The translations under genes and the position numbers were made by a program. From positions 123,134,001 to 123,198,000 of the forward strand of contig NC_058368.1 of assembly GCF_018350175.1 (NCBI RefSeq): 64,000 nucleotides of DNA, written 5' to 3'. This DNA comes from Felis catus. Its lineage: Eukaryota. Positions 27,550 through 40,004 of the stretch are shown one piece after another (position 1 is the stretch's first letter; every line of letters starts with the position of its first letter). The notes below the pieces were generated by a model. That model was not told the DNA's origin and did not search any database. It saw only the letters and a program-made list of their open reading frames with translations.

Positions 27550-27660
27550 TTGATGAGCACTGGGTAATGTGTGGAAGTACTGAATCACCATATTATACAA
27601 CTGAAACTAATATTATGCTGTACGTTAACTAACTGGGATTTAAATAAAAACTTAAAAAAA
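27550..27660 (+). mobile_element. Carnivore L1 3' terminus
   Basis: gatgagcactgggt...gaaactaatatt...aactaactgggatttaaataaaaa. Confidence 0.85.
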
Positions 27661-28437
27661 GTAGAAAGTAATGAAGGTGGAAGCTGGGTGAGGCACACTG
27701 GTCCTCCCCTTTCTACATGAAAACAAAATACTTTTATTTGTTATATATGTTATGATTACATTCACAGTCTTATTTGAACAAATTTTATTCTTTAAGCATT
27801 AAATTCAATATAGCAAAGACAGAAACATTGTAAGCCCCAGAAAAAGAACAGAAGACACTTAGGAAAGTTCTAAAGGAACAGGAAGAGAGGAAGTTAGGAA
27901 AGCAGTCTTTGGAGTGGAAATTTGAGATAGGCCATGGTTACAACAGTGAAGAGAGTCAGAAATACAAATAAACCTTTAGAATGTGGCCAATTGTGAATAC
28001 CTAGGTAGCTTGGTGAAGTTCCACCAAAGGTAAGAAGCCACTCAAAGAAGGTCCTTGGAAGTTAGATCTCAGAGGAGTTCACCCATGGAGATGCTAATGA
28101 CAAAATAATGATTGCAAAACAAGGAGGAAAAGGATAGAAAGAAGGCTAAAGAAAAATCTCCAGGGTTCTACATCTTCTCTTAAAAGTGTATCTCTGGCCA
28201 AGATGGATTCTGGATTTGTGTATACTTTCTGCAGGCAGGTGATGATACAATTTTTAAAATCAGAGATGAGAAACTGGCCAATCTAATAAATCATTAAAAA
28301 ATAAATACTTGGCTTTTCTAACAGTACCCTTATACCCTCTGTGGGTCACAGCAGAATCCCTTGTTCCAGAAATAACTGTCTCATCACCAAGATAATTAAT
28401 AAAACTTTGAAGCTAATTCTGGCTAGGAAGCATAAGG

Positions 28438-28660
28438 CAGGGTTTCTGAACATCTCTATTGGCATTTTGGACTGGGTAACTCTTTTCTGGGGGCCAGAAG
28501 TGCTTTCCTGTGTATTACAGTATGTTTAACAGCATCCTTGACCACTATCCACCAATGCCATAGAAGATCCCTAATTGTAACAACTAAAACTATCTCCAGA
28601 TATTGCTAAATGTCCCCAGGGATGTGTGGAGAAGGGGGACAAAATTGCCTCCAGTTAAGA
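28438..28660 (-). mobile_element. MER20
   Basis: cagggtttctgaac...ctccagatattgctaaatgtcccc...gacaaaattgcc; same family as 6754. Confidence 0.8.
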
Positions 28661-30159
28661 TAGAGTAAAGCTAATAAAATGTAACCTAGAGTCCAAACCA
28701 TTACATAAAATTCTATGTATAGATGAGTCTGAGTTTATTCCCCAGAATACAGGGTGTGAAAGAAGAGTCAATCCCCAAATCAGGCATGAGTAGGTGATTG
28801 AAAAGGTGTGGGAGAAAGCACATGGAGCTGGAAGTCAGGAGATGTGGAATGAGTTTCAGCTTTGCTGTTCTCAGCTGTTTGTCCTTGAATTTATGGCTTC
28901 CCCTCATCGGCTTTACAGATAAAATGAAGATATTTGAAAATACTAGAATATACCAAGACCCGTTCCAGACTATTCATAAATGTTCACCTAGTTCTTTGGC
29001 TATTGAATTCTCACAAAGACTAGACACTCAAGAGGGCTGAGTGTATTTTCTTGTTGAGGCCTAACCTGACAGGTTTCCCCTCTTTCTTCTTTTTTTTTTT
29101 TTTTTCTTTTCTAACAGGGCTCCATGCTATATCTACCCTCACTGTTTAATTCTATGAGCAATGGAAGGAAAAAGTGTGCTCTGGCAAAGGCATCTATTTT
29201 GCAATATTCATTTTTTTTTCTTTCTAGCAGGTTTGCTTATGCAAGCACTTTTTGCTGGGCTCAGAAATGTAATTCAAGTGGGCAAGGAGTCAAGGGTGAA
29301 CTTCCATGGGAATTGTTCTCTCCATTTGACTCTCTTCCCAGAAAACAAACGTCAGAGGATATTCTGCATTTCCGCCATAAGTAGGCTGCCATTTTCCATT
29401 GCATCACAACTTTGAGAGATTACTGTGACTCCCAAGAGTTGTTTTCAGAGCACACCAGTTAATTAGGTGACAGACAACTGGGTGGAGTGATACTTTATTA
29501 TTCTAGATGTCTCCACACCCACGACGGATTTGGCCTGGTGCCACCACCAGCCACCCTCACAGCAGTGGCATCTTACTATTGCAGCCACACCCAGATGACG
29601 ACAAATCATATTTTTTAAGAACTTTAATTAAAATTGCATATATTAATTAATCTAAGGGCAAAAAAAAAAAAAGAGAGTGTCAGCTCTTTCTTTCCCACTC
29701 TCCTTTTTTTTTTTTTAAGATTTTGAGATGTAATGAGCTAGCCTTGTAAGTGAATGTGGCTGATAAATATATGAGTTGAGGCAGCTTGAGGCACATAATA
29801 CCAGTATGGACCAAGAACAGCAATGAGCTTAGGCTTAGCACCTTATAGCTCGTGGAATACTTCTCTTACTGTTTAATTTTATCTTCACGACAAAACTGAT
29901 TTGTAGATGGCAGTATTAGGTGTATGTTTTAAATGAGAAAATGGGCTAAGAGATGTAAATAAATAGGTTTAAAATTGCACAGATAACTTATGGGACCCAT
30001 TTTTTTTTCTACTCCAAATCTTACACTTTTTTTCACAGCTGTTCCCTATGTGACTTAATGATAGGATATTTTAGTCAAAAGAGTCATCATGTAATTTACT
30101 ATCTACTGAATGCTGTTCTAGGCATTGTTGCCTTTGAAGACTGTATTTTTTAAAACTGT

Positions 30160-30472
30160 TTTTTAGTAGGCCTTATTTTTTAGAGATGTTTTAGATTCAC
30201 AGCAAAACTGTGTGAAAGGTACAGAGATTTCCCGTATACGTCCTGCACCATACATGCATGGCTTCCCCCATTATCAACATCCTCACCAGAGAGGTACATT
30301 TATTACAATTGATGGACTGATCTTGACACATCATTATCACCCAAAGTCCCTAGTTTATTTTAGGGTTCATTCTTGGTGTTGTAGATTCTATGGGTTGGAA
30401 CAAATACATAATAATATATGTGTATCCTTATAGTACTGTACAGAGTAGTTTTACTATCTTAAAAATCCTGTC
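30160..30472 (-). mobile_element. L1MC-type 3' end
   Basis: Homologous to 20270-20530 (gattcacagcaaaa, acagagatttccc, aaagtcc.tagtt). Confidence 0.8.
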
Positions 30473-31705
30473 TGAAGGCAATGTTTTTATTACATTGGTT
30501 GATATACTTGATTAGTAAAATTTAATTAGTCTACCTTCATTTTGTTCCTTTTGTCAATTTTCCGATGTGCCTTGCCTCATGAGTAATTTAGAAATTTAAT
30601 CCATGTTCACAGTCTCACTTCAGCTAAAAGTGAGGACTGGAATTAAAATGCAGACTCCCAAATTCCACATTAAGTACTATTTGGCTGTATTCATGAACTT
30701 GCTAATGAGTTAAAGGCCTAAGATGGACTCATAACAGTAGGAAAAGGCATTCCCCCCACCCCCATCCCCAGAGAGCTGATAAGATATTCTCTCTCTTTTA
30801 AAAGAGGAAATATTTGAAAATGTAAGAGCTTAAAATGAGCTGTTTCATTTTCTGACCTATTTGAAAAGGTGTCACTTTTTCATGTTTCAAATGACCTGTC
30901 GGTCCATCCAGCCACGTGTGGCTATTGTTCATTGTGGGTGACCCAATTCCTTGCCAAGGCCTCACCACCTGGAGTGCAATAAGCTGTCCAAAGGAAGGGG
31001 CAATGATGAGGAAATGACTCCTCTACCCTGGAGGCTATTAGTTTGTACCCATAAAATTAGGCCCCGGTTTTTGGCACTTTCCATAAAATATTCAATACTT
31101 TCAAAGCCCAAGAATTGGATTTCCCCACCGTGATCTCTAATTCAATATTGTCAACAGGGTAACAAGAAGACCTTTCTAATAACATCTAACACTTGTACTC
31201 TCCATACACCAGGACTCATCTGAAGTCTTTACAGGAATTACCTCATGTAATCTTCATGGCATCACTATTACAATTTTGAGTTTAGCAGTGAAGAAATTGA
31301 GACAGGGAGTTTCGGTCAATTGTCCCTGGCCACATATCACAAAAGCCAGTTTCTGAATCCAAGTAGCATTGGTACAAAGCCAAACACTTAACTTCGAAGT
31401 TTAAAGTACTTTTGGCTCTCAAGTAGTCTTCACTATGTAATTCACACTTACCAATATAATAGTGGCTTTGGCTTTTTCACAGAATCATCTCATTCTGCTT
31501 AACAATGCTGTCAAATGGATGATACTCTTATCATGGCTTGCATGACGTCAAAATGCCAGCAAGTCACACATTTCCAAAAAATCACTGGTCTTCTATGGTG
31601 CACTTTGGAGAATTGATCTTCCCTACCCAGACATTGTCAGGCTCCACCTGTAGGAGATGGTTCAGGAAAATCCTAAAACATTTTACTTCATTTTGACTGG
31701 ACTCT

Positions 31706-31934
31706 TTTTTTTTTTTTTAATTTTTTTTTCAACGTTTTTTTATTTATTTTTGGGACAGAGAGCGACAGAGCATGAACGGGGGAGGGGCAGAGAGAGAGGG
31801 AGACACAGAATCTGAAGCAGGCTCCAGGCTCCGAGCTGTCAGCGCAGAGCCTGATGCAGGGCCGAACTCCCTGAACGGGAACACGAGATCACGAGCTGAG
31901 CCCAAGTCAACCGACTGAGCTACCCAGGCGCCCC
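31706..31934 (-). mobile_element. Felid SINE without recognisable TSD
   Basis: Young-type tail ttttcaacgttt; left and right flanks differ. Confidence 0.92.
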
Positions 31935-31939
31935 AGCAG

Positions 31940-33230
31940 TCCATTTCTTTCGATTGATGTTTCTTCTCATTACAGGTTCTATTTCCTATTACTCTGTTAA
32001 GTTTTTATTGTAGACTAGTCAAGTTTTTATTGTAGACTAGTCATTGTCTTTACTCTGTTGGGTGATAAATATTTTTGTATTCCTCTGTTCTTTTTTTTTT
32101 TTTAATTTTTTTCAACGTTTATTTATTTTTGGGACAGAGAGAGAGCATGAACGGGGGAGGGGCAGAGAGAGAGGGAGACACAGAATCGGAAACTGGCTCC
32201 AGGCTCCGAGCCATCAGCCCAGAGCCCGACGCGGGGCTTGAACTCACGGACCGCGAGATCGTGACCTGGCTGAAGTCGGACGCTTAACCGACTGCGCCAC
32301 CCAGGCGCCCCTGTATTCCTTTGTTCTTGAGCTTTGTTCTGAGACACGGTTAAGTTACTTGGAAATAGTTTGATACTTTGAAGTCTTGATTTTAAGGTTT
32401 TTTTTGGGGGGGGGGTGGAACCAAAGCAGCCTTTCGGGTTAATTTTGCCCCACTGCTAGAGCAATACTGTTCTCAGATCACTAACTGAATGACAAGGTTT
32501 TTCCCTTTTACTGATGAAATACAAGGTATCTCCTCTCCTGTTTAAGTTCTGTATATTGTTTCCTGTAGGGTGATTTTTTCCCCCTCGACTTGAGTAGCTT
32601 TCTCAATTACATTTACTTCTTAGTTCTCAGTTGAAGACTATTATTTGCTGCAGCTCTCTGAAGACCTTTCTTTGAAGTTCTCTTCTCTTAGTCCATGCCG
32701 TGTGATTTTTTTCTTTTCTTTTCTTTCCTTTTTCTTGAGAGAGAGAAAGAGAGAAAGAGTGTGTGCACACACATAAGCAGGGGAGGGGCAGAAGGAGAAA
32801 AGGAGAATCTTAAGTTCCATTCTCAGTGCAGAGCACTAAGCAGGGCTGAATCCCATTACCCTGGAATCATGACCTGAGCTGAAATGAAGAGTTAGACTCC
32901 AATGACTGAGCCACCTAGGCACCCCATGCCATGTGAATTTTAACTCCCTTGGTCTCCCCAACTCTCAGCTGTGTATCTGCATTTAGGGAAACGGCTAGGC
33001 TCTGCCTGGGTTTTCTCTCTCTGTGTAGCAGCCTGAAAATGCTCTATAGACAGTGAGCAATGTAGGTATTGCTTACTCTGTACTTGTTCCCTCTCCCAGA
33101 GATCACCGACCTGTACTATCTGATGTCCGATGTCAGAAAACTGTGTAGTTTTTCTGTTGTTGTTTTTTTTTTCAGGTAGGAAGAAATATCCTTTCCCTGT
33201 TACTACTCCATTGTAGCCAGAACATAAATC
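31940..33230 (-). mobile_element. Old L1M 5'-region remnant hosting SINEs at 32091-32311(-) and 32706-32925(-)
   Basis: gttaagttacttggaaatagtttgat; actatctgatgtccgatgtcagaaaac; SINE TSDs tgtattcct(c/t)tgttctt and atgcc(g/a)tgtga. Confidence 0.7.
31999..32042. repeat. Perfect 22-bp tandem duplication
   Basis: aagtttttattgtagactagtc x2. Confidence 0.95.
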
Positions 33231-33649
33231 TTACTTATCATTTGAAAACAAACCAGTGAACTCCTTAGCATACATACTAATTTCTGTTTCTCTTTTCAGG
33301 ATATAAAGCAGGTATTTTCCTTTTCCCACCTGTCTTCTCAAAGCCTTCTCATAATTTGCCTTCTAATGAAATTTTGAAAAGTATATCTTTAAGTATCTTT
33401 TACATTGTTAGGAGACCCAAAGGTCATTGGGAAAAGACAATAGAATCTTGATTCATTAAATTCCTGTCTGATTCCAACTTTAACCATTTACTGCCTTTGA
33501 GAAATTTCTTGTATCTCTCTAAATTTCTGTAAAATGGGGATACTAACAATATTATATGTCTAACCTACTCACCAGGTTAGTAATGAGGCCCAAATGAGAA
33601 TATGTATTTTAAAACACCCTTTCGTACTCTTTCAACATTTTCTCCTATT

Positions 33650-33774
33650 TTTCTTTTTCTTTTTTTAATTTTCTTTTTCTCTTTAAGTAATCTATGTGCC
33701 CAACGTGGGGCTCAGACTCATGACCCCGAGATCAAGAGTTGCATGCTCTACCAACCCAGCCAGCCAGGCACCCC
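33650..33774 (-). mobile_element. Short Can-SINE
   Basis: gagatcaagagttgcatgctcta...ccaggcacccc. Confidence 0.85.
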
Positions 33775-34210
33775 TCTCCTTCTTTTCTTTCCTAATATCA
33801 CTGAATTAGTGTTTAGATCTATCAAATATGAGAGTGAAAAAAAAAACATATCAGAATAAAAGTCAAGAGACATGAATTCCTTTGCCAACTCTTTGGCTAA
33901 TAGATTTGAGGAAAAATCATTCAATCATGCTGATTTTCAGTTTTACCAACCATGAAATGGAAATAACAAATTATCTACTTACTTTAAAGGGTTAATATGA
34001 GGATCAAATATATAAAATATAAACAGCGTACACATATTTATACTGTGTACAAATTGGTATTGTACTATACAGTATTCTATGAGTATTATTATTCTGGAAT
34101 AAAATTTACATATAAGTACAGTATAATAATAAGAAGAATACCTTTATTAATGCTAGTAACTGCATAGAGTTCTTAAATAATTTCCTGTACACTTTAAAAA
34201 CACTTCTCCC

Positions 34211-34435
34211 GGGGGAACCTAGGTGGCTCAGTTAGTTAAGCATCTGACTTCGGCTCAGGTCATGATCTCCTGGTTGACGAGTTCACACCCCTCATCTGGC
34301 TCTGTGCTAACATCTCAGAGCCTGGAGCCTGCCTCGGATTCTGTGTCTCCCTCTCTTTCTGCCCCTCCCCCGCTCATGCTCTCTCTCTGCCTCAAAAATA
34401 AATAAACATTAAAAAATTTTTTAATTAAAAAAAAG
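34211..34435 (+). mobile_element. Can-SINE
   Basis: Full head, CT tract, A tail. Confidence 0.93.
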
Positions 34436-35998
34436 CTGGCAAATTTTATATTTCTTTGCAAATAATTTTATACAGATATATAAATCAAAAACACAGATTA
34501 TCTTTTCAAAATTTTACTTATAAATATAGCAATTTTGTTCTTGCTTACTGTACACATAGACACATAAATATTTCACATATAAAATACACAATATTCTTTC
34601 AACAAAATTCATTATACTAGCTAGTTCAAAGTAATTCACTGTGATTTTTTCCCAAGGACCATAGCTCCACAAACTTCTGTTTTGTAGAGTCAGAATGACT
34701 CCTAGGAGACTCCAGAATGTACTGAATTTCCAGGTGATGGACAGTGTGGAGTCATGGAGCAGTGGTTCTAGTAGCATCAACTGTAGGGATATTGTATTTT
34801 AGAACAAATATAACCCAGTATGTAAAAGTTAATCCAGTTAAAAATTAGGTATTGAAACTTTCCTGTTTTCTTAATCCTAATCTAATAAAAGCAACAATAT
34901 CTATAAATGTAGGGTCTGTGATCAAACAGTGCCCATCCCATCTTGTTCTTAGATAAAATGAGATGCTTATCTCTATAGTTTCTAAGGCTTTGTGGACAAA
35001 CAGAGGGGAATTTCCAGAGAGGGAGTGAAGTTAGCTGTTAATGGAACAGTGTAAGATAAGAAGGTGAGTGAAGGCTGTTTTCCAGTTAGCGTCTTTCAAA
35101 AAAGAGAATACAGACAGACCTGTTAAATTAATGGGGAAAAATATGAGAATTATAGGAAAGGAAATTAAGGATAAGAAAATAAGAAGTAAATTACTTCATC
35201 TTCTAAGATCTATTAGGGCATATACTTTACAGTCATGATCATAACACATTTATTTTGCCCAAGCCATTATGGGTGAATGGTTTTGTGTGTGTAGGTGTGC
35301 AATTGTATGAGTGTGTGAGAGCATGCATGAGAAGAACTAAATGATCAGTAGCACGCTGTCCCTAGTTTACAGCATTATAATGTCTAGATTCTCTTTGAAC
35401 TCCCTAAAAGGCTCTGGGAGAGCTTTATCGGGTGTATAAGGTGAGCAAGAGGCAAGGCTGGGATTACTTTCCAAGCTAGTTCCTGATCTGGGGTTCATTC
35501 ATGCTACCATCTGGGGCAGGTAAGAAAAGAATAACACGTACTTTGCTACCTCACGTGATTGCATAAACAAATTAAGACAGCTAATAATGGCAGATTGTTT
35601 TGAAAATGCAGAAAGTGATTTTATCTTAAGAGACTATAGTTATTTATTAAACTATGGTCATCATCAAGGATATCTCTACATAGAAAAAGAAGATTTGAAC
35701 CACAGTCTGATAACTTTGGATTTAGGAAATAAATTTGGCCTTTAGCAACACTACTGGTCTACAAAATCTCGTTTGCTTTTATAGTTTTCTCATCTCTTTC
35801 CTGTGTGTCAATATCCTTGACATGAATTCAGATTCTGGACCACTTGATACCTGTTTTGAACTGTAAAGTTCATACTTCTTGTACTCTAGCTTCGTTCCGT
35901 CTTCATGAGAAGAAAAAAGGTTCTACATTTTTCATGAATAATTGAAAGAGTGAAGAAAAAAAAAAGATGGAATTTGGAATTTAAGGAAAGGTACGCAC

Positions 35999-37147
35999 GC
36001 TCCCTGCCTGCCTTGCTGGTGCGTCCCTGCACCTGCGCAGAACCTGCTCCTTGAACGCTGGCGGGGGAGGGGGGAGGGGGGAGGGGGGAGGGGGGAGGGG
36101 GGGAGGGCGCGCTTCTGGAGCCAGAGGACGCGGGGGCCTGCTGGCCCGCACCTCCGCGGCGCGTCAGTCCCCAGCATTCTGCAAGACTAGAAGGGACAGA
36201 GGAACCTGACCGGGTTCCCTGCAGGGCAGGAAAAAAGGGGAAATGTCAACATGGAAAAAACTCTATGATGAAAAGAAAGGAAAGCTGGAAGCGAGGCTAA
36301 AGCCGGAAGATGAAGGGAAATCCGATGAGGAAGAGAAGCTGGAAGTGGAGGGGGAAGCCAGGGCATGAGGGAAGGTTCCAGAATGGGAGACAGCCAGATG
36401 ATGAGGGACAACCAGAAGATGAGGGAAAGCAAGAAAAGCCAGGCAAGCCCGAGAATGAGGGAAGGCCGCAGTGTGAGAGCAAGCCAGAATCCCAGGCAAA
36501 TCCTGAGAGCGAGCTGTGGGATGCGGAAAAACGCCTGGCTGAAGATGACGTGCCCAGGAAAGCAAAAAGAAAAACGGACAGGGGAACAGACGACTCCCCC
36601 AAGGATTATCAGGAGGACTTACAGAAAGGGCACTCGGGCAGTGTGAGGAGATGATGAGAGAACGTGGAGATACGTCAAGGGCTCAGGAAGAGCAAAGGAA
36701 AAAACAGAAAATGGGTGGTTTACATTGGATGCAAAGAGATGTATGGGATCCATTCTCGCCAAGGGGACCATGGGTGTCAGGAAAGTCACGGGTGGAGGTA
36801 GGGGCCAAGTGGGCTTACATGATATCCCATATCTCTAATGCCTTTGGTCTTAAATTCTGATTTCTCCGATGAAAATATTGCTGACTCTGCTTTCCCTGGC
36901 AGGCATTTGCCATGCTATGTGCTTTAACCTTAAGCTGACACTTGGCTTTAGCATTAGCTAAACTTTAGCTTTAACCTTCAGCTGATACCTTGCTTTAGCT
37001 GGCACTCTTGTTGTCAGCAGCCTTTTGATCCAACTGCAGTGTTCTCTGTCAGTAGGACATTTTCACTCATGTGCATGGAAGAGGTTTTCATGGTACATTG
37101 TAAATTAACAATAAAGAAAAACAGTTTTCAGAACCACACTCACACAC
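35999..37147 (+). pseudogene. TCEAL3: Processed retrocopy of a TCEAL3/5/6-type gene; disrupted CDS 36251-36838; exact paralogue not resolvable
   Basis: Reconstructed peptide MEKLYDE...AEKRLAEDDVPRKAKRKTDRGTDDSPKD...MMRE...KKQKMGGLHWMQRDV...GLHDIPYL*; four frameshifts; AATAAA at 37110-37115; degenerate tail; candidate TSD aaaggtacgcac (35987-35998) / aaaagtactctc (37148-37159). Confidence 0.9.
36063..36107 (+). repeat. (G6A)n tract, potential G-quadruplex
   Basis: Seven G-runs (G5,G6,G6,G6,G6,G7,G3) separated by single A. Confidence 0.9.
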
Positions 37148-37871
37148 AAAAGTACTCTCATAACCCAAACCCCATTTTTCTAAAACTTCAATCCCATTCA
37201 TTTGAATTTAAATGTTGTGGTTGTCAGAAACATGGAGTAACTAACAGAGTATGTGATGAATCACCTCTGGATTTAGAACATTCCTGAAATGAAATGGAGA
37301 AAAAGCCCTGATGTCAAGAGGCAACTGGTTTTCCTTCCAATATTGGGAGTGCTCATTGAATCTTTTGGCTCCCTCTCCTCATAGAAGAGGCTATCCATTC
37401 CAAACTTCTTATTCATCATTTCATACGTACTGGGTGTCATTGAGGAGCACTTTTCCAGTAAGAAGGAAACCAACTCCTCAACCTTTCCTCATAGCAGAGA
37501 TTCTTTAGAGATGCAATAATTTTTTGGTTCTTTTGTTCTGCCTTCACACTACTTCCACTCCTGGGAATACTATCCATTTGGGCTAGGTTTGGGGTTCATT
37601 AGAGCATATTACACAGTCACCAATTCTACTTTAAGACATTAAACTTCCTTATCACCAGTAATAGAGTGTATTGTTGGGTCCCATTTCATATGATCTGACA
37701 GAGCAGATAAAAAATAAAAAATTGGTACTGGTGTGTCAATATTTAGAAGACACTTGTACAGAAAAAGCTAAGGAATCAATGGTGACTGAAATCTTGCAAT
37801 GACTTTGACAAGTTTTAAACAGCAAATGGTCTGATTTGTTTTAGGTATTGTGGTTTAGGACACAATAAAAT

Positions 37872-38090
37872 GGGGATGCCTGGGTGGCTCGGTTGGTTGA
37901 AGGTCCAACTCTTGATTTCAGCTCAGGTCATGATCCCAGGGTTGTGGAATCGAGCCCCATGTCAGGCTCGCACACCAAGTATGGAGCCTACTTAAGGTTC
38001 TCTCTCTTTCCTCTGTCCTTTCCCTGCTGGAACTTGTGCATGTGTGCATGCTTCCTCTGTCTAAAATAAAACTTAAAAAAAAAGAAAGAA
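37872..38090 (+). mobile_element. Can-SINE
   Basis: TSD aataaaatg on both sides. Confidence 0.9.
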
Positions 38091-38335
38091 TATAATAAAA
38101 TGAAAAGGAGAACTTATATCTTGACTTTTTAATCTTAGTTCAGAACGTGTTGGGGGTGTTATTCCATGATGAGTAAACTTAAATCTATTGTTGAGGTCCA
38201 TGTCCAAGTGATATTGACTTTTCTTGGGATCTTTGACATTAACTATACACCTACACCATTATAATAACATAAAAATGCAAAACCAACTATAATTAACTAT
38301 AAGACTTATCACTATACTCAAAATTATTCTAAGCC

Positions 38336-38337
<2 letters not shown>

Positions 38338-38366
<29 letters not shown>

Positions 38367-38560
38367 AGAATTTCCTCTAACTCTTACAACAATTGTATAC
38401 TGCAATTTTATTACCCCTGTTTTGCATATTGGGAAACTGAGGCCGAGAGAAAATAAGTGATTTGCCCAAGGCAACATAGCTAGTAACCAATGAGTCAAGA
38501 TTTGGACCCACGTCTATGATACGTCAAAGCCAAGTTCATTTCCATTACGCTGTGAGGTTG
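38338..38560 (-). mobile_element. MIR preceded by a (CA)n microsatellite
   Basis: cccctgttttgcatattgggaaactgaggcc...tgatttgcccaagg. Confidence 0.75.
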
Positions 38561-40004
38561 CAAAGACAGGAATAGAAACAAATTTCCTGACTCTCTGTTC
38601 CATTCTCTTTCGATTACGCCATGATGGATATCAATTTTCTAATCTATAACAGTAATGCAGTTTGAATTTGCTTTAAGTAGACACTCATTTTACCAAACTA
38701 TTGGAAGAAACAAAGCACAGACCTTGAAACCAATGATTATACTTTTATAGGAAATAAGTTATTTCATTAAAAAACAAAAGAAAAGGAAATACTCTGGCTT
38801 TGATGGTATCCAGAATATTGACATCATTCTCAAATTGGCTAGCCTTAGATCAGTTTTCTGGAAGAACCTTTAAAAGGGTTTTGATCCCATAAAGTTTAAA
38901 ACTTTCCCTCTATGAATGTAGAGACCCTTTGGAGTACTGGAATCAAACCGTTGGGCTCTGGCTTCAACCATTTTTACATAATTTTTCAGGTGCTTTCTTG
39001 AACTACTGGAGTAGAGTAAGCAGGTAGACAAAAGGCATTACTTGTAAAATGGAAGAAGGAACTAAGGAGAAGATACTATCTCTAGAAAAATGTTACATTG
39101 ATATATTGGTATTTTTAAATACTTTATTCTTTCTTTCCTCCTTGGGAGACTAAATAATGAGTCAACATAGGAGTAAACTAAATTTAGGAGAAAATTGGTT
39201 GAGACAAGTTTTTAAAACAGTCATTTGGGGAGTGATGGGTTGTGGAAACTTAAAGCTGGAGACCCTAATGTTTATGATTACGATGTTTGGTTAGACCAAA
39301 CAGTGAGACCTTAGAATGTAAAATGTCCTTCAGGTTGAGAATTTTTAAAAGTAGTTATGTGCAAGCTTTGATTTCACACAGTTTCTGCCTTTACTAATGC
39401 GTGATGGAAGCCATGAAAAAAGTGTTGAACTTGTGGTCTTCTTCAAGTACCACCCTTGAGTCTTCCTTCTAAACTGTGTGTTCTGGGGAAAGTCAGTGTT
39501 CCTTTTCTGAATTTCAGCTTTCCCATGTACTCAGTGTTAGAATCTTGCTGGGTTAGCTCTGTGGGTTGTTAATTCTAACTTGTACATGAGTCCATGGCAC
39601 TGAATTGAGACACTTCAAAACATCTGCGGATGGAAGCAACAGCTTCTCTCACTACAGGCAACTTTCTCCAGATGTGGGAATCTGTAAGTCTCTGACTAGT
39701 AGGGTAATCCATCTGTCTTTTTCCCTCCCCTCCCACTTATGAAGGGAGCCCAGTTAGAAACATGTTTGTCTGAAAAGTAATGTGTCTGGTCTTGGTGAAG
39801 AATTCAGTTCTTAGATACTAATAACCGTGGAGTATTAAACTTTAATGACATTCTTGGACTCAATCTATCGCTTTTTGGGGGAGGTATCACGAAAACATAT
39901 TAGAACTGTAGAAATAAACATTATTGGTTCAAATCTGCTCCCTTGACAGGATGCTAAAGGATGGAAACTAAATTGATGTGGTGTATTAAGTCTAGCACGA
40001 CCTT

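Noticed and set aside
36187..36602. Several minus-strand ORFs (81-101 aa)
   Set aside because: Antisense shadows of the purine-rich TCEAL sequence.
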